A stretch of 59,035 bases of DNA, filler included, from Catajapyx aquilonaris (GCA_000934665.2; 4 parts of 4 records of this genome joined end to end with filler, not necessarily neighbours in it); one strand, 5' to 3'. Shown: positions 24,723 through 38,222, counted from the whole stretch's first letter. Notes: generated by a model from the sequence alone, not told the origin. Numbers and translations: made by a program.

Positions 24723-26053
24723 TGTCAATTTCGTATATTTATACTCCTTGGCCTATTTCGGCACAATATTTTCTGTGCATCCAACATCGGACATATCGGG
24801 AATCAATCGATTCTCCTCCCAACAGATTCCTCCAACTTTCTTTGGCCGATCCACCCAACTCCCCCTTTTAAGAAGAAAAAAAAAATCAAAGATATAGTAT
24901 CTGAAAGCGTTGGAAAAGGGATGAAAGCAAATGGTGCGTGGATTTTACTACTCCTAATGCACTTTTGGAAGGCAAAATCCCAGGGTTTCTTCCTCCGTTC
25001 CCACACCTTTGCCCCAAAGTCCGTCTCCTATGCTAAGAGTCCGAAACGACCAAACTTTTTTCCCCTTTTTTTGGATCACGTCTATACATCCAATATATAC
25101 CCAACGTGAGCAAAACTACTGTCGATGTAGTCACATAGATGGCGTACTGCTGCCACTCTCAGTGTCGTGTAAGGAGTGGTGGGACTAACATAGTGCTGGA
25201 ATAATTTTTTCCTCCTTACACTTCTCCTGACCGGGTCTGATTGGAGCGCAGTTTTAGGGAGAAAAGGAGATGGGGTTTGGGTTGCCGTAGGGGGTGGTTT
25301 GGTGGAGAAGAAAAGCGGCGTGTTTGATGTTGGCAGGTTGGGGAGTGGGGAGAGGAGGAGATGGGAGGGAAAGGGGCCCTGTGTGGTGGGGAAGCCGGCA
25401 GACAGCTCCCAGATTGCTGCCGTTGGACCGTTCTGCCGTGAAATCCCATGAAATAAGCCCAAACTCGTTCCAGATTCCAAAGCCAAATAGCAGACGGGAA
25501 TGTCTGCCCAGAAAAAGAAAATAATGCATGTGAAGTGTTCTCTCTCCTTCTCTCTCTTTTCCTTGCAAGGAGGGCTTGCTTGGGATGCATAAACCGCGCC
25601 CATCTCTTAAGCGAAATAGAAAGGAAAAAGAGATGGTGCATTTGCTTTTAAAACAAAAAAAATTTAAGTTGGAAAATTTCCGGGCCGATTGAAACAGCCG
25701 GACGAGACTTGCATGCAAAATCAGGCTGAAAAATGGCCCCTAATACTGCCAGCAAAATATTTAAGTCACTGCTAATAGTAGCCGTTCCTCACTGCTTGTT
25801 ATTAGCAGACTCTTAGGCCAAAAATAGCTCACCTAGACGGAACACCTGTAGCCCCAACAGCCCAGTTATATCACATTCACTCCCTGGTCATCTAATATAC
25901 AACGATAGGGCACCTGAAATCGGGGCAAGAAGCTACATAAAAAAGTAACAGCTTCCAGCGAAATTTCCTGTAGCTAAATGTTAGGCTACTAATATATTTG
26001 AAACACCCTGTGTATTACTTATACACTAAAACTATTACTTATACATTAATGAT

Positions 26054-26129
26054 TATCAGTTATGCAATAACAACTGCAAGTATCAGTTATGCAATAACAG
26101 CTGCAAGTATCAGTTATGCAATAACAGCT
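26054..26129. repeat. 27-bp tandem repeat, ~3 copies
   Basis: tatcagttatgcaataacaRctgcaag x3. Confidence 0.9.
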
Positions 26130-27883
26130 ATTAATAATCACTATTACTTATACATTTGGTATTTTATTATTTGTTTGTAATATTATATCATACATCGGCT
26201 CTGGTTTTCCATTTGTTTGTCCACGTAGTACCACTACCCCTCGTACGACCTGATAGTGACAGGAGTGTGCAGAGAGGGAGGATGCGCCATCTCTGTTAGA
26301 GTCATGGTATTACGTTGACAGTCAATCTTCTCGACGTGGTTTCAATTAACGAAATTTTTTTTTAAAGCAAAATTGATTGGCACAGAGTGTGACGGGTTTT
26401 TAGGACGAAGCAGCAGTTTTATTATCGGTCCGGTTGCAGGCTTTTTGCTGGGACCAGAGGGTGACGTATCGCTTCATGACGTAGTGTGCCAACCGTGGCC
26501 CGGAGGGTGTCCTTTGTCACTGGCAATATCAAAATTAATTCTGCCACTCAAGCTATTAATAGTCCTTTTCCAAGTGGGAACCATCGATGATGGTCCAAGC
26601 CTCGGTGATGGTCCTATAGAAGCATTTACCTCCAAATATGCAAAATACTTCCCGCCATACTACTAATGGAGCGCGATTTTTTTTCCGAGGCTTTTCGCGA
26701 CAAATTGGCTGCGATTAATTGCGCCAATGTGCATACCGAGCTTTAATGAATGAAGCACTTTCGAGTGCTGCTTAAAATAATTTTTTTTTCGAGGGATTCG
26801 CTGATATTGATATGCGCTCCCACTGAAGCCATTTGGTCGCCTGAATTTGCGACTTTGAAACAGGTGTATCACTTACCAAAATGTTTGGCGAAATGAGTTT
26901 CGCCAGATTAATTTATGGTGACTAATATTTGCGAAATTTGTTCCTAACTAATATGAAAAATTTAACTCGCGATATTTATGTGCATATACACGACCTCACA
27001 CGACCCTAAGATGACAGTGGAGGGCAGATACGCCATGTATGTGAAGGATATGGTACTACATGGACAGTCCCGGGCAGCGTTGCCATGTTTTGACAAATGG
27101 TTCATAGTAGGCCTAATTAGCATAATAACTAATATTTACTATTATTAATAACCTACAATTAATTGTGGAAATTATTAATTACAGCTGGTAGGCTAATTAA
27201 CAAGTGCAGTGCAAGCACAGAAAAACAATCCATCTTCTATCCTTCAAGCTCCTACGAGGAATAGTCTCTTTGACAAATTAGCCCCAGCACTTGAAGTACT
27301 TGCAGAGTGCTTGAACTCTCTGTACACAAAGGAGGCGGCATTGCAGCTCCAATTAGCGCAAATTTTCCCTATCCCCAAAATGGATGAGGGGAAAAAGAGA
27401 GTGACTTTGGAGCCCCCCTCCCCCCAACCAATATCATATATACCATATAGTATAGTGGGAGAGAGAGAGAGAGAGAGAGAGAGAAGGGCTGAGGAGCCAC
27501 GATAATCTGATCATCATTTAATGAATGACGTCACTGGCTAATACGTTTGGCCCCGAGAGCAGGGACCCTGGAAATGGCCAGGCCAAATAGCGGATTTAAT
27601 CACTTTCGCAGCCGTAAAGGTAAAGGTTTACTCGTTCCATTTGCCGGGGCGCAAAGTGTGTGTGCGGAACCAGAGGGGGATGAGATATATGCTAAATTGA
27701 TTCCACATGTGTTCCTATATACACGCTCATTCAATTTGCATGCAAAATAATGTGCGAGGAAAAAAAACCCTGCATTTTCCTATACACTTATATGATGGAC
27801 TTACTTTGCAATTAGAACAGCACATTTCGCCATTGAAATTGAATGTGCCAGTTACACTATGTGAGAAAGATTTCACGATTATA

Positions 27884-28192
27884 CAGGGTGTTTCAACTTT
27901 TTTGTGCGAACAATTATCGGAAAATTGCACGTAGCTGCTACTTTGTAAGCAGTGACTTGCAACCGATGATTTGTCGGAGGAATGGGAAATGGGGGGAAAG
28001 AGGGTCACACATCCCATGGCATGTATGACCCCTCTTTTTTCCAGGCTTGACCCTCAGTTTTCAGCGGGTATGCCACTTCAACCTACAGTACGATTCGCAG
28101 GGAATATTCCCCGTTCCTCCGAAAAATCACCGTTTGCAAGTCGCTGCTTACAAGGTAGCAGCTACGTCGGACAAAAAAGTTGAAACACCCTG
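27884..28192. mobile_element. Tc1/mariner-type MITE
   Basis: TA|cagggtgtttcaactttt ... aaaagttgaaacaccctg|TA with ~100-bp imperfect inverted arms. Confidence 0.9.
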
Positions 28193-29048
28193 TATAAGTA
28201 AAAAATGTTTGCCTATAAGTAGAAGAATATTTACCAAAATTTTTCGCACTTAAACGAAAGTTTAGGTGTGGGCGAATTGCCAAGATGGAAGGAGCCAAAA
28301 TGGCGTAAACTTCTTGTGGGGGGGAAACGGACGTTGCGTGCTGTAATTGGACCGATAAAATAAACGCTGCGGGTTGGACCTAATTACCTGCCATTTACTC
28401 CTTGCCGGAAGTGCATCTTGCTAAAGAAAAGCTGGGTTTATCGGATAGCAGGGTTTCAAGTCTAATAGCCTTAAGGTGGAAGCAAAAGTCAATTTTAATG
28501 GCGGATTAAGTGGGCAAATGTCAAGTTAGGTCAGAGGTAAATTATCTTAATATCTGACTGCCCGGACCCCCGAAGTAGTACCATATCCCTCACATAGATG
28601 GTCAAACATTAGGAGGCACAGACTTTAGCCATGATATTTCACCAACAGTGACAGTTGAATCCTGCGGTTAAAGCCAATTTTAGACACATCGCAGGTAGAA
28701 GAAAACCGAACCTAAGTCACGGCGATGGCTCGCTAATTAGACGTTTGAAACCGGCCACCGAAACGTAACCTTATTTGCTGTCCACTCACCAAGCCTTTAA
28801 CAGACCAAAAAAAAGGAGTCTCTGATTAGGCCCAGAAAACCACTTGAAATGTGAAGCACCTGAGGCGATCAGACTCAAACACCCGGAATTAATCCTTACA
28901 AAACCAGGACTTGAAGAAAAAAAAACAGCTTTAATGGGCTTGAAACATCTGGACCATTTTGCCCAATAGTTCTGATCCCATATCCCGTCAACTCAACATG
29001 TGTCTGTACATTCAGTATGTGACGGGGGTTATGAAGAGTACAGTCACG

Positions 29049-29118
29049 GAAAGGAGTAAGGTAGCAGACCTGTCTTGGAGGCTAATATCAGAGTCAGGTC
29101 TGCTACCTTACTCCTTTC
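29049..29118. repeat. Perfect 24-bp-arm hairpin
   Basis: gaaaggagtaaggtagcagacctg / caggtctgctaccttactcctttc, 22-nt loop. Confidence 0.9.
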
Positions 29119-29489
29119 ACTCCTTTAACTGACGTTTGTGCCAACCATCGAAACAATCGCAACTTGAGACTCACAAAATTCCATTCCACACATATTTCTG
29201 CCTAGGTCTCAGGACTAATTATCATGTGTTCTAATTACATCCCAGGCCCACATATAAACCGTTTGCAATTTGCTGGAGTCATTTCGGGGGCTCCAGCTAC
29301 GAATCCTTATAATAGGCTTATTTTGAGAATCCTCCACACCACTAGTATGTTCTGAGGCGACGTCAACACTAATGTAAACCCCCCAATTTTTTTTTCGAAA
29401 AAAAACCCCCACTGGAGGATATTAATGAGATGCTTTGGATGCTTTCAACCGGTTTTAGTACCGGAAGATGTACATTATTTTAAGAAAAC

Positions 29490-29589
29490 NNNNNNNNNNN
29501 NNNNNNNNNNNNNNNNNNNNNNNNNNNNNNNNNTTAATTAATTAANNNNNNNNNNNNNNNNNNNNNNNNNNNNNNNNNNNNNNNNNNNN
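29490..29589. other. Assembly spacer (100 N with linker)
   Basis: N run with TTAATTAATTAA. Confidence 0.98.
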
Positions 29590-29667
29590 AAATCGGAGGT
29601 TCCCGACCCTGACCGTTCCCTTGTGAGTTCAGATACACCCTGTATAATAATTATGGTGCTAACAACC

Positions 29668-29965
29668 TCAGTAGTCACGAAAGTTCAAGATCTTTGCGGC
29701 GGCAAGGAAAAATGAATATAGTAGGTACACATCGATTTTTCGGTTGTCAACAAATAAGTAAAACAGTCGATCGGGTGGGTATTTTGGTAGATCAGATAAT
29801 AAGCTTCTTCTCGGGGAATTGAAAAGATGGCATTCGTAAATCACATGATTTGTGGGCCAATTACACCAGTCATATTTTTCAGCATCGTTTAGTTTAATTA
29901 CTAATTGATTTTGGAGTCGTAGTACTTGTGAGTTGTTTCTCAAATTTGCAAGCATACGAATGTAG
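29668..29965 (-). mobile_element. Decayed C-terminus of a non-LTR retrotransposon ORF2 (zinc-knuckle region)
   Basis: RMLANLR...EKYDWCNW..TNHVIYECHLFNSPRRSL resembles the C-x-C...H-x4-C...R tail of LINE ORF2 proteins. Confidence 0.5.
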
Positions 29966-30431
29966 GTCCATTGCAAAGTAATTTTCAATTTGAAAAGTGA
30001 GTTTTATTTCCTTGTAATGTAAATATCTTTTGGTATCTTGTAGTTTTTTGATCTGATCCTGCTTTAGGCCATCCTCAATATTCCGTAGTAGATTAGTGCC
30101 CCAGGGGGATCATTAGGGGTAGTTTTTAACGGGGAAGGTTTTTTTTAGCACATTGGACTTGACCTTTTTTGAGTCTAGATACCGAAAAAAAATTATTTCG
30201 GATTTATGCGGTGGCATGACTGTCGCCTGGGAGCTTCCTCACGCGCACCATAGATGGTGCGAGAAGCAGGCGAGAAGCCCCCTCCCCCCTCCCTTGCTCC
30301 CCTCCGCTAACCTCGCCCCCTTCCCCGCAAGTGTATTCTGGTGAGGATAGCCTCCACGTCTCCATGTCAATTGACACCGTGATTGACACTGTCGTCAATG
30401 AAGATGACGTAGTCCACTATCCGGTCTCAGG

Positions 30432-30822
30432 TGCCCGATTGCACCAACCTAAATTACCGATCCGGTAGCTCCTAAGGCCCGCCGCAAACGGGAAAATGTG
30501 GGAGGGAGGCAACTTCCACGCACATATCCAAGTATTCATGTTGCCCACTAGATGGTACAAGTGTGGCGGCCCAACCCAGCCCACGCCCAGATCGGCTCCA
30601 AATTTCTTGGCCGCAGAAATCCGCACGCGCACATTGCCCGAGGAGAGGGAGAGCGCATGCGCTGTGCCGTCCTGGATGGGTGGGCAGGTAATGAGTTGCT
30701 CCCAAATTTCCCTGTTTGCGGCAGGCCTAATGGATCGTTAGGAGCCCTTTTATAACGTGTGGTAACGATCAGTTAGGTGCGAGTTATCGATGAATTGGTA
30801 ATTTCGTTGGTGCAATCGGGCA
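30432..30822. mobile_element. GC-rich MITE-like element with nested inverted repeats
   Basis: Outer tgcccgattgcaccaac..aaattacc / ggtaattt..gttggtgcaatcgggca; inner gccgcaaacgggaaaatgtgggag / ctcccaaatttccctgtttgcggc. Confidence 0.7.
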
Positions 30823-31149
30823 TGCGAATCCACCAGGTCTCCCTCATCAGTCATCACAAACTCTCTCTGAAGGTGGGGGCACCCCCATCACGCTCCTTCG
30901 AAATCTGGATCCCCCAAATTTATGCAATGATACGCGGCTCCATAATTATTGCAAAGGTAACCTACCAAATCAATTAGTTTTTTTAAAAGGTGTACCCCAT
31001 GAGACCAATGTCAATGTTGGGGGGGGGGGGGGNGGGGGGGGGGGGGTGGAATACCACCATATTTCCATTGTCTATTTTCCATTTTTTACTTCGAACTCCG
31101 GTGCAAGGAATCAAGGACATTGGGTCAGGATTGGGATTTTTGGGGAGGG

Positions 31150-31333
31150 AACATGAGTGCAAGTGCAATGTCTGAAAAGGGGTCATGCGCTGTTTCCCAG
31201 GAGGTTAGGTTGCTAGACACCTCCAAGGCGCAGGTCAGAGACCCTCCCGACGCAGGTGAAAGGGAACTATCAGGCGGGGATCGAACCTGGAACCTTTCAC
31301 TCAGCAAGCCGAGACATTACCATCTCGGCCACT
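31150..31333 (-). mobile_element. tRNA-derived SINE
   Basis: Minus strand GTGGCCGAGATGGTAA (A box) ... GGTTCGATCCC (B box); 3' boundary approximate. Confidence 0.6.
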
Positions 31334-31383
31334 GTATCTACCCTCAAATCAATGCGTTATTCATATGAAAAAGTATTTCATAA

Positions 31384-31410
31384 CCCGAGCAACGCCGGGT
31401 ATTCCGCTAG
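31384..31410 (+). mobile_element. Helitron 3' terminus
   Basis: CCCGAGCAACGCCGGG hairpin followed by CTAG|T, same signature as 16159-16186. Confidence 0.75.
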
Positions 31411-31420
31411 TTGTATTCTA

Positions 31421-32102
31421 CAGGGTGATTCTCTCGAATGGAAACCCAAACATTCCTCAATAACTTTTTAACTATGGTATGGTTCCCGATGAAAATTGAC
31501 TTGTACTTACCTTGTACAATGCCAAACAAGGTCCGACTAAAGAATATACCAAAAGTGGTCCCCTCCAGCATACAAGAATTTTTCAAATGCGAGTCTGCAT
31601 CTTTACCGAAGACTCCTACCTACTGGCGGCGGGCATTGCCTCCATCTCCCGCCAGCCAAGCGCCGTAGGGGGGTTCACAACTAGCTGACGGTAGCATACG
31701 AAACGAACGAAACGAAATAGCGGACCAATCAGAGCCCACTTGAGGATGACTAAAAGTGACTTTCACTTTTGGGCTCTGATTGGTCCACAATTTCGTTTCG
31801 TTCGTTTCGTATGCTACCGTCAGCTAGTTGTGAACCCCCCTACGGCAATTGGCTGGCGGGAGATGGAGGCAATGCCCGCCGCCAGTAGGCAGGAGTCTTC
31901 GGTAAAGATGCAGACTCGCATTTAAAAAAAAAAAAAAAAAAAAAATCTTGTATGCTGGAGGGGACCACTTTTGGTATATTCTTTAGTCGGACCTTGTTTG
32001 GCATGGTACAAGGTAAGTATAAGTCAATTTTCATCGGGAACCATACCATAGTTAAAAAGTTATTGAGGAATGTTTGGGTTTCCATTCGAGAGAATCACCC
32101 TG
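31421..32102. mobile_element. Tc1/mariner-type foldback MITE (~320-bp arms)
   Basis: TA|cagggtgattctctcgaatgg ... ccattcgagagaatcaccctg|TA. Mirror ORFs 31438+ and 32085- reflect the inversion. Confidence 0.93.
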
Positions 32103-33845
32103 TATAATATGACCTATACCGTACGTATAATTATAGAATCGGTCGGTTACATATTGATCACGCTCCTTTGACACAGGAGATTATTACCTTTTGTAATATC
32201 TATACCGCTTTTAGCCATTCAAGTAAAGACCGTAATACTTGCACGTAAGAATGCAGAATACCTCCCTTCTCCCCGCCTCCAAGCCCCCCCCCCCTCCCCC
32301 ACCCACCTTTTTTTTTATAACGGCGGCTTTGCTGAACATTTTGCGGATGGGTAGATACATTACGCTTTTGTGCATCTGAATAGTAAGTAACTGCATTTCA
32401 CGGACAGTTGTATCCGTGTGGGCACGTCAGATGTGCTACTCAAAAGGCCTAAGTAAGCTTGCACGATCCTTAGTCCCTCCCACCCCGTCATCCTCCCACT
32501 CCTCTCCTCTTGTGCATATCCCTACCATCTTTCTTGCAAAGACATGCAGTATAAATTTTTACTGCTTTCCCGATGAATATCCGCGTCAATGGCCAATGTA
32601 ATCTGGTTCAAACTTTCCACTGGGTAAGCATAATCCGGGTGAGTGTCGGGAAGGGGAGTAGGGCTAGGGGGAAGTGGCGGGTGGAGGACAGCAGATGCTG
32701 TGCTCCTCAAGTCGCTGAATTCTGTTCGGCAAGAACCTAATTGGAGTATTGGGAATCGTCAGGTGAAGATTGATTTTGTTTTGTTTTTGAATGGTCGCTA
32801 TGATGTTGATTAGAGTTAGATATGGGGGGTCAACTTTGTTAAGTTCATTTAAGAGAGTGATTTTATTAATCGAAAGCTGTCAGCATGCAGTGACTTACCT
32901 GCACTTAATCCTAATGAACTGCTCTTGGCGAGAATAATCACGGTTAGTTGTGGTATATTCAAATATGCTGCTAATATACAGTGAAAGCTTACTATGGACA
33001 CGCTTGCTTCTAGTATTATGAGTAAATAATATGCAGGAACGTTTTAACCCATCCAGCACCACCATGAAGAAAAAAGAAGTGAAATGCTTCTCTGAATAAT
33101 GACTATATTATGTATGTATTACCTTGACTTAGCCTTCAAGATGTGTACATACATCGCCACCAAAAACCATTCAATAATAAATTATCCTCTCACGATCATC
33201 CGGCAGGGGAATGATGACGTATTCTACCGTGAGAGGCGTCACCTGGGTCAGGATATTCTGTTAATATAACGCCGAGGGATATTTGTTACAGTAAAGGAGG
33301 ATGACACTAAAGATGATCATCAGCTGAAGAGCAGGAGTATTATTTTTGGCGCAAGGGGGAGGAGAGAGTGGGGGGACGGTCCATTAGACTATTATCGGCA
33401 CCTGGGAATTTCCCGAGGGTGCGTGCAATGCATGGCCATGGCAATCACGATGGGTCTTACACTGATGCTGTCGCAGGTTTTCCAGGTCTAGCATCGGAGG
33501 AAAAAGGTGAGCAGTTAGGTGAGTGGGTGACAGAAATGAAAAAGGTCCAGAATACAGGCTCGCGACAGTTCTCAGTTTATTTAAACAGAGACGAGTATTG
33601 ACCCCTATAAGGTCATATTTTACAAATAATGACAGCACACAAAGGCAGTTAATGTTATTAAACTCTCAACATGTTTTATAGACAATCATGGAATCTTATA
33701 TTTATTGAGACATACGTACATTATCAACAGCTAATAAAACCGGATGGCTCCGTGTTATATCGTTATTGTGATACCCAATAAAAATGCGATTATTGTTTCT
33801 CAAGTTTCAGTGTAATGTTATTATACTGACTGGGAGTAAGAAATA

Positions 33846-34663
33846 AAGGGTCGTCGAAAAAGAATTGTCGAATTTAAAAACCTACAACTCGAAAACTTGT
33901 AGACATATATAAATAATTTAAGTTTTGAAATGCTAAGAAGAGTCCAAAGTTCGTTGTGATATGAGCTCCATTTGTGACTCGGAAAATATAAAACAGTAAT
34001 CGGTGTCGTGCCTAATCCGCTCACGCACACCGTTGTGATCCTATCCCGTAGATGCTGCAGATGCCGGATCTTTTCACCATACATGTGTCTCCACAAAACG
34101 TACACTGTGCGCGTCCCTCTTCCTATGGACTGCGGTTAGATATGGGTGGGGAATGATGACCACAAGGCCAGTACGGAGGGTTTAAGAGCTCTTATGGGCG
34201 AGTTAATCCGCCTTAAAACCATCTGACCCCTGTACCTCCACAAAAAGTCAATCGGGGTAAGATCTGGGCTGCTGGGTGGGCTAGGCGTGGAGAAACTTCT
34301 CATTCAAGACTTGGCACACTGGGAGGCTGAACAAATGAAACTTTCCTGTGCCAGGTTTGTTTCATGGATGGGAAGACTTTTTATGTGCATCATCAAGAAC
34401 AATGTGTAAAGACCCGTCATATCCAGCACCTACGCGGGATAGGATTGCAACGGTAACTCCAGATATGATTGAGTGGGTGTGGCATGAGATCAAATGCCGT
34501 CTCTTTCATCTGCTGAGCGACAAAGCTCATATCGAAATAAACTAAGGTGATACCAAAACTTTAGACACTGCTTACCATTTCAAAACTTAAATCATTAAAA
34601 TATGTGTACAAGTTTTCGAGTTATAGGGTTTTTAAATCCGAGCATTCTTTTTCGATGACACTG
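33846..34663. mobile_element. Internally deleted Tc1/mariner element with long TIRs and transposase relics
   Basis: Decayed TIR agggtcgtcgaaaaagaat / attctttttcgatgacactg|TA. Minus strand PPSSPDLTPIDFLW (WPxxSPDL motif) near 34235-34280; plus strand RDRIATVTPDMIEWVWHEI..AHIE. Confidence 0.85.
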
Positions 34664-34665
34664 TA

Positions 34666-35227
34666 CAGGGTGTAAATGAATTCAACCGACAAACTTCTAC
34701 GGGTGATAGAGGGGACCAAGACAAACATTTTTGACATAGGAAACCGTGTCCGGAAACGCCATCTAGAGGGGGTTCATAGACAAGGAACGGGTGCGCTCAG
34801 ACGCGTCACGCGTGAGGCGCTAGGTGAGCGGACTGTTTTGTTGATAGATGGCGCTCGGATAGTAACCAACGATACGATGTGCCATAACGTGGCAACAACA
34901 GAGTCATCTAGCAATTAAAGTCCGCCTCCTAGGAGACGCGCGGATAGGCAACAGCGGTTCTATTGTTGCCAGGTTATGGCGTATCGCGTTGTTGTTTACT
35001 TACAACGACGCGATACACCATAACCTGGCAACAACTGCGCGCCATCTATCAACAAAACAGTCCGCTCGACTTGCGCCTCTCGCGTGACGCGTCTGAGCGC
35101 ACCCGTTCCTTGTCTATGAACCCCCTCTAGATGGCGTTTCCGGACACGGTTTCCTATGTCAAAAATGTTTGTCTTGGTCCCCTCTATCACCCGTAGAAGT
35201 TTGTCGGTTGAATTCATTTACACCCTG
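34666..35227. mobile_element. Tc1/mariner-type MITE (~190-bp near-perfect arms)
   Basis: TA|cagggtgtaaatgaattcaaccg ... cggttgaattcatttacaccctg|TA. Confidence 0.93.
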
Positions 35228-36439
35228 TATATCTTAGAATTGGCCATCGGACATTGTTGGACACGTAGCAGATGAAAAATAGGATAAGGTCTGGTTTAGG
35301 AGATCAAATATGATCAAGTGAAAATTTTACCATTGATTCGTCGATACAATAATGTCTTGTGAAGCAATGTTGTTTTGGCTTACGTCCCATCCGCTGATGT
35401 AAGGTAAATTTAAGTTTTTAATACCCGCATCCTATTTACCAATCTTGAGTATGCAACGACCAGTTACTCCGCAGGATGTTTCATAAAGATTTAGATACAC
35501 GTCTAGAGAGAACTCCTGGGCACCAGAAAAGCACTTTTTGAATAATTTGGTCTCCGAAATCGCGTTACTGAGAAAATTTGAATTAATCAATACCATCTCC
35601 TATATTGCAGATGCAATCTACGACCCTTCCATCACCTCAACAACTCTGTCTAAGCCAAATTAGACTGCATTTTAAATTACGGTTTTAAAATCACATTTTG
35701 AATGCAAAAATCACGATCGAGCGTAGGGATACCTGTCGGGATATTTCACATATTTTGTGTTCGTGTTTGAAGCCCATCATCTCACAATTATTCAGTAACG
35801 AGGCTGCGGAGGCCACATATGAGATATGACACTGCTATATATAGTGCTTCTTTGGTGATTCACCCCAACATGTTGTGTCAATCCTTATGAAACATTATTA
35901 TTTACGCAAAATACGTCACATACATGCTTCATATGAAAGTAAATCTGTACCTAAAATGTGCAGTATAGGCTACTGTCGTGTGTTGATTGTCCGACTCGTA
36001 AGACTCCTGATGCATCTGGCAGATATAATTATCTACTATAATTCGGAAGCGGCAGAAATAGTCTATACTGTATGATTCATTGAATATAATGAGAGTTACC
36101 TAGCAATCTGCCATGATACTATTCGATAAATGCGGCAGATTGCGGGCAACACCTTAGGCAACTGCCATATATATTCTAAGAATCATAACCAATCTAACCT
36201 GAACTAACATAACGAAACCTCATTTTGTATCGTTAATGCATACGTAGAATTTATTGTAGCTTAATAGGCCTATGAAGTCAGATCTACATACATACATTGT
36301 AGGTTAAAGTAATCAGGTTCGGTTAGTTTAGGTTAGGTATATACCTCACTAAGGTTAGTCTAGACAGGTCTAACCCAGCCTAACTGATATTTTATGTAGC
36401 ACACAGTACAGAGAAAGACAGTGTCCGTTGTAATCTCTA

Positions 36440-37053
36440 CAGGGGTCGGAATTTTAATCTACCTTCGCTTTGGGGAATGGTAGAAGGGTTATAGATGATC
36501 ATTTTAAGTATAGGTTTCATGGGTCTCCGAAGCATAGTTACCGAGATAATTAGCATTAAATAAAAAGTGCATTATACCGGCTTCTATGTTTCGGATACAG
36601 CATACGACACTGCCATCACCTAGGCCACTGCCTGCTACGATTAATGGGATGGAGTTTTAAATTTAAATAGCATGATAACACCTTAAATTTAAATGAAAAA
36701 GGTAAGGTCGCATGGAGGGACGCATATCAATCAATCAATCAATCAATCAATCAATTTTTATTTTACCTCCCTGCATCAGACTCAGGGAGGGACTCCCTCC
36801 TTTACATTACCTTTTTTTCCCCAAGAGTTACAAATATATACATTTTGGCATGGACCAGTTTTACTTGGGGCGTGATGGGGGGGGGGGATGGAGGGACGCA
36901 TACCTGCCATGATATTTTATACTTTGTGTTTCAAGCACATTATCTCGGTAACTAACTATGATTCGGAGACCCACGATACCTATACTTAAAATGATCGCCT
37001 AGAACCCTTCTACTATCCCTCAAAGCGAAGGTAGATTAAATTTCCTAACCCTG
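36440..37053. mobile_element. Tc1/mariner-type MITE with internal (ATCA)n microsatellite
   Basis: TA|caggggtcggaattttaatctaccttcgctttg ... caaagcgaaggtagattaaatttcctaaccctg|TA, ~110-bp arms. Confidence 0.88.
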
Positions 37054-37153
37054 TATATGCGCGACACATAATTATATTATATGAATACTTTCTTTTTTCT
37101 GAATCCGCAGCTGAGAGAGGCACCAATATTTTACGGAAGGACTTCTTATATGA

Positions 37154-38064
37154 GGAGAAGGTCTAAATATGGACACCACTTTGTCTTTTGCTTATACCTT
37201 AAAGAACAAGTACATATAGCAAGAATGAAACATTGAATATACATCTGTGAACAATGCTCTTTAATGTAACAACATGATACAGTTCATGAAGTACTTCATG
37301 TCCGAATGAATGTGTGATTTTAGAGAATTGGCAAAATCACGATGTTTGAAAAAGTGGTCTAAATATGGACAGCAAACATAATATTCATAAAAATGGTTAG
37401 AATTAAGTCTAACACGCAGAAATCCTGTGGAAACCATAAGAGAATACAGTTGTTCCTCCGTATTCGCGGTTTCAGTCAACACCGGATCGAAAGAATTTGT
37501 GAAAAAATGATTGAGGAGTGATTATTTTGTCTTGTCATTATAACCTGAACAATGTAGCATAACAGCTATGGACAATGGATTTGGGCATCTACGAAAGGTC
37601 CTGGAAGCGAATAAGAAGTGCAGAAAATTGCCAGAAAATACCGCGAATACGGAGTGCCAACTACATTAGCCTTCTCAGGCTGTCCATATTTAAACCTCAT
37701 GCCAATCCCATATTTAGACCATCACGCCATTTTTGTTTCACAAGGTATGCTGACTCCCCCATCTTCATATTTTAGAAACTAATTGAATCATAATAAAGGG
37801 CCATATGGCGTAATGCACTGCGCATGTGATAATCCATGCGAAGAAAGCGAGAATGAGGGGGGGGGGGGGAGNTTTCTGTGGTGCAATTTACGGAAAAGCG
37901 CCCAACAGACGAGGCAGCCTTCGCACCCTGCCGCGAAGTGACTCAGCGACCTTTGTCTTCTTCTCCGAACAATTTCCCTCACTCTCCGCCAAGCTGCAGC
38001 ACCCAGCAGTGTTGATACACCCAAATCCCATATTTAGACCACTGTCCATATTTAGACCTTCTCC
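37154..38064. mobile_element. Non-autonomous TIR element with subterminal repeats (PIF/Harbinger-like)
   Basis: ggagaaggtctaaatatggaca / tgtccatatttagaccttctcc. The core motif recurs internally (~37356, 37681, 37708, 38028). Flanks are TGA/TAA. Superfamily call is inference. Confidence 0.75.
37447..37663. mobile_element. pogo/Tigger-like MITE nested in the previous element
   Basis: TA|cagttgttcctccgtattcgcgg ... ccgcgaatacggagtgccaact. Confidence 0.7.
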
Positions 38065-38222
38065 TAAAGCTCTACCTGTACCTATCGTTGGTGATTTGCT
38101 TTGTTTGTCGACAAAAGTTGAAAATACCTTAAGACATATTCCAAATAATAAACCAGACTTTAGCGTTAAAATATTAAGAGTCCTTCAAGCACATCAAACA
38201 TGCAATATTATTTATTAATTAC

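Noticed and set aside
24663..25718. Cluster of 140-170 aa ORFs
   Set aside because: Low-complexity, non-ATG starts, overlapping in several frames, no recognisable domain.
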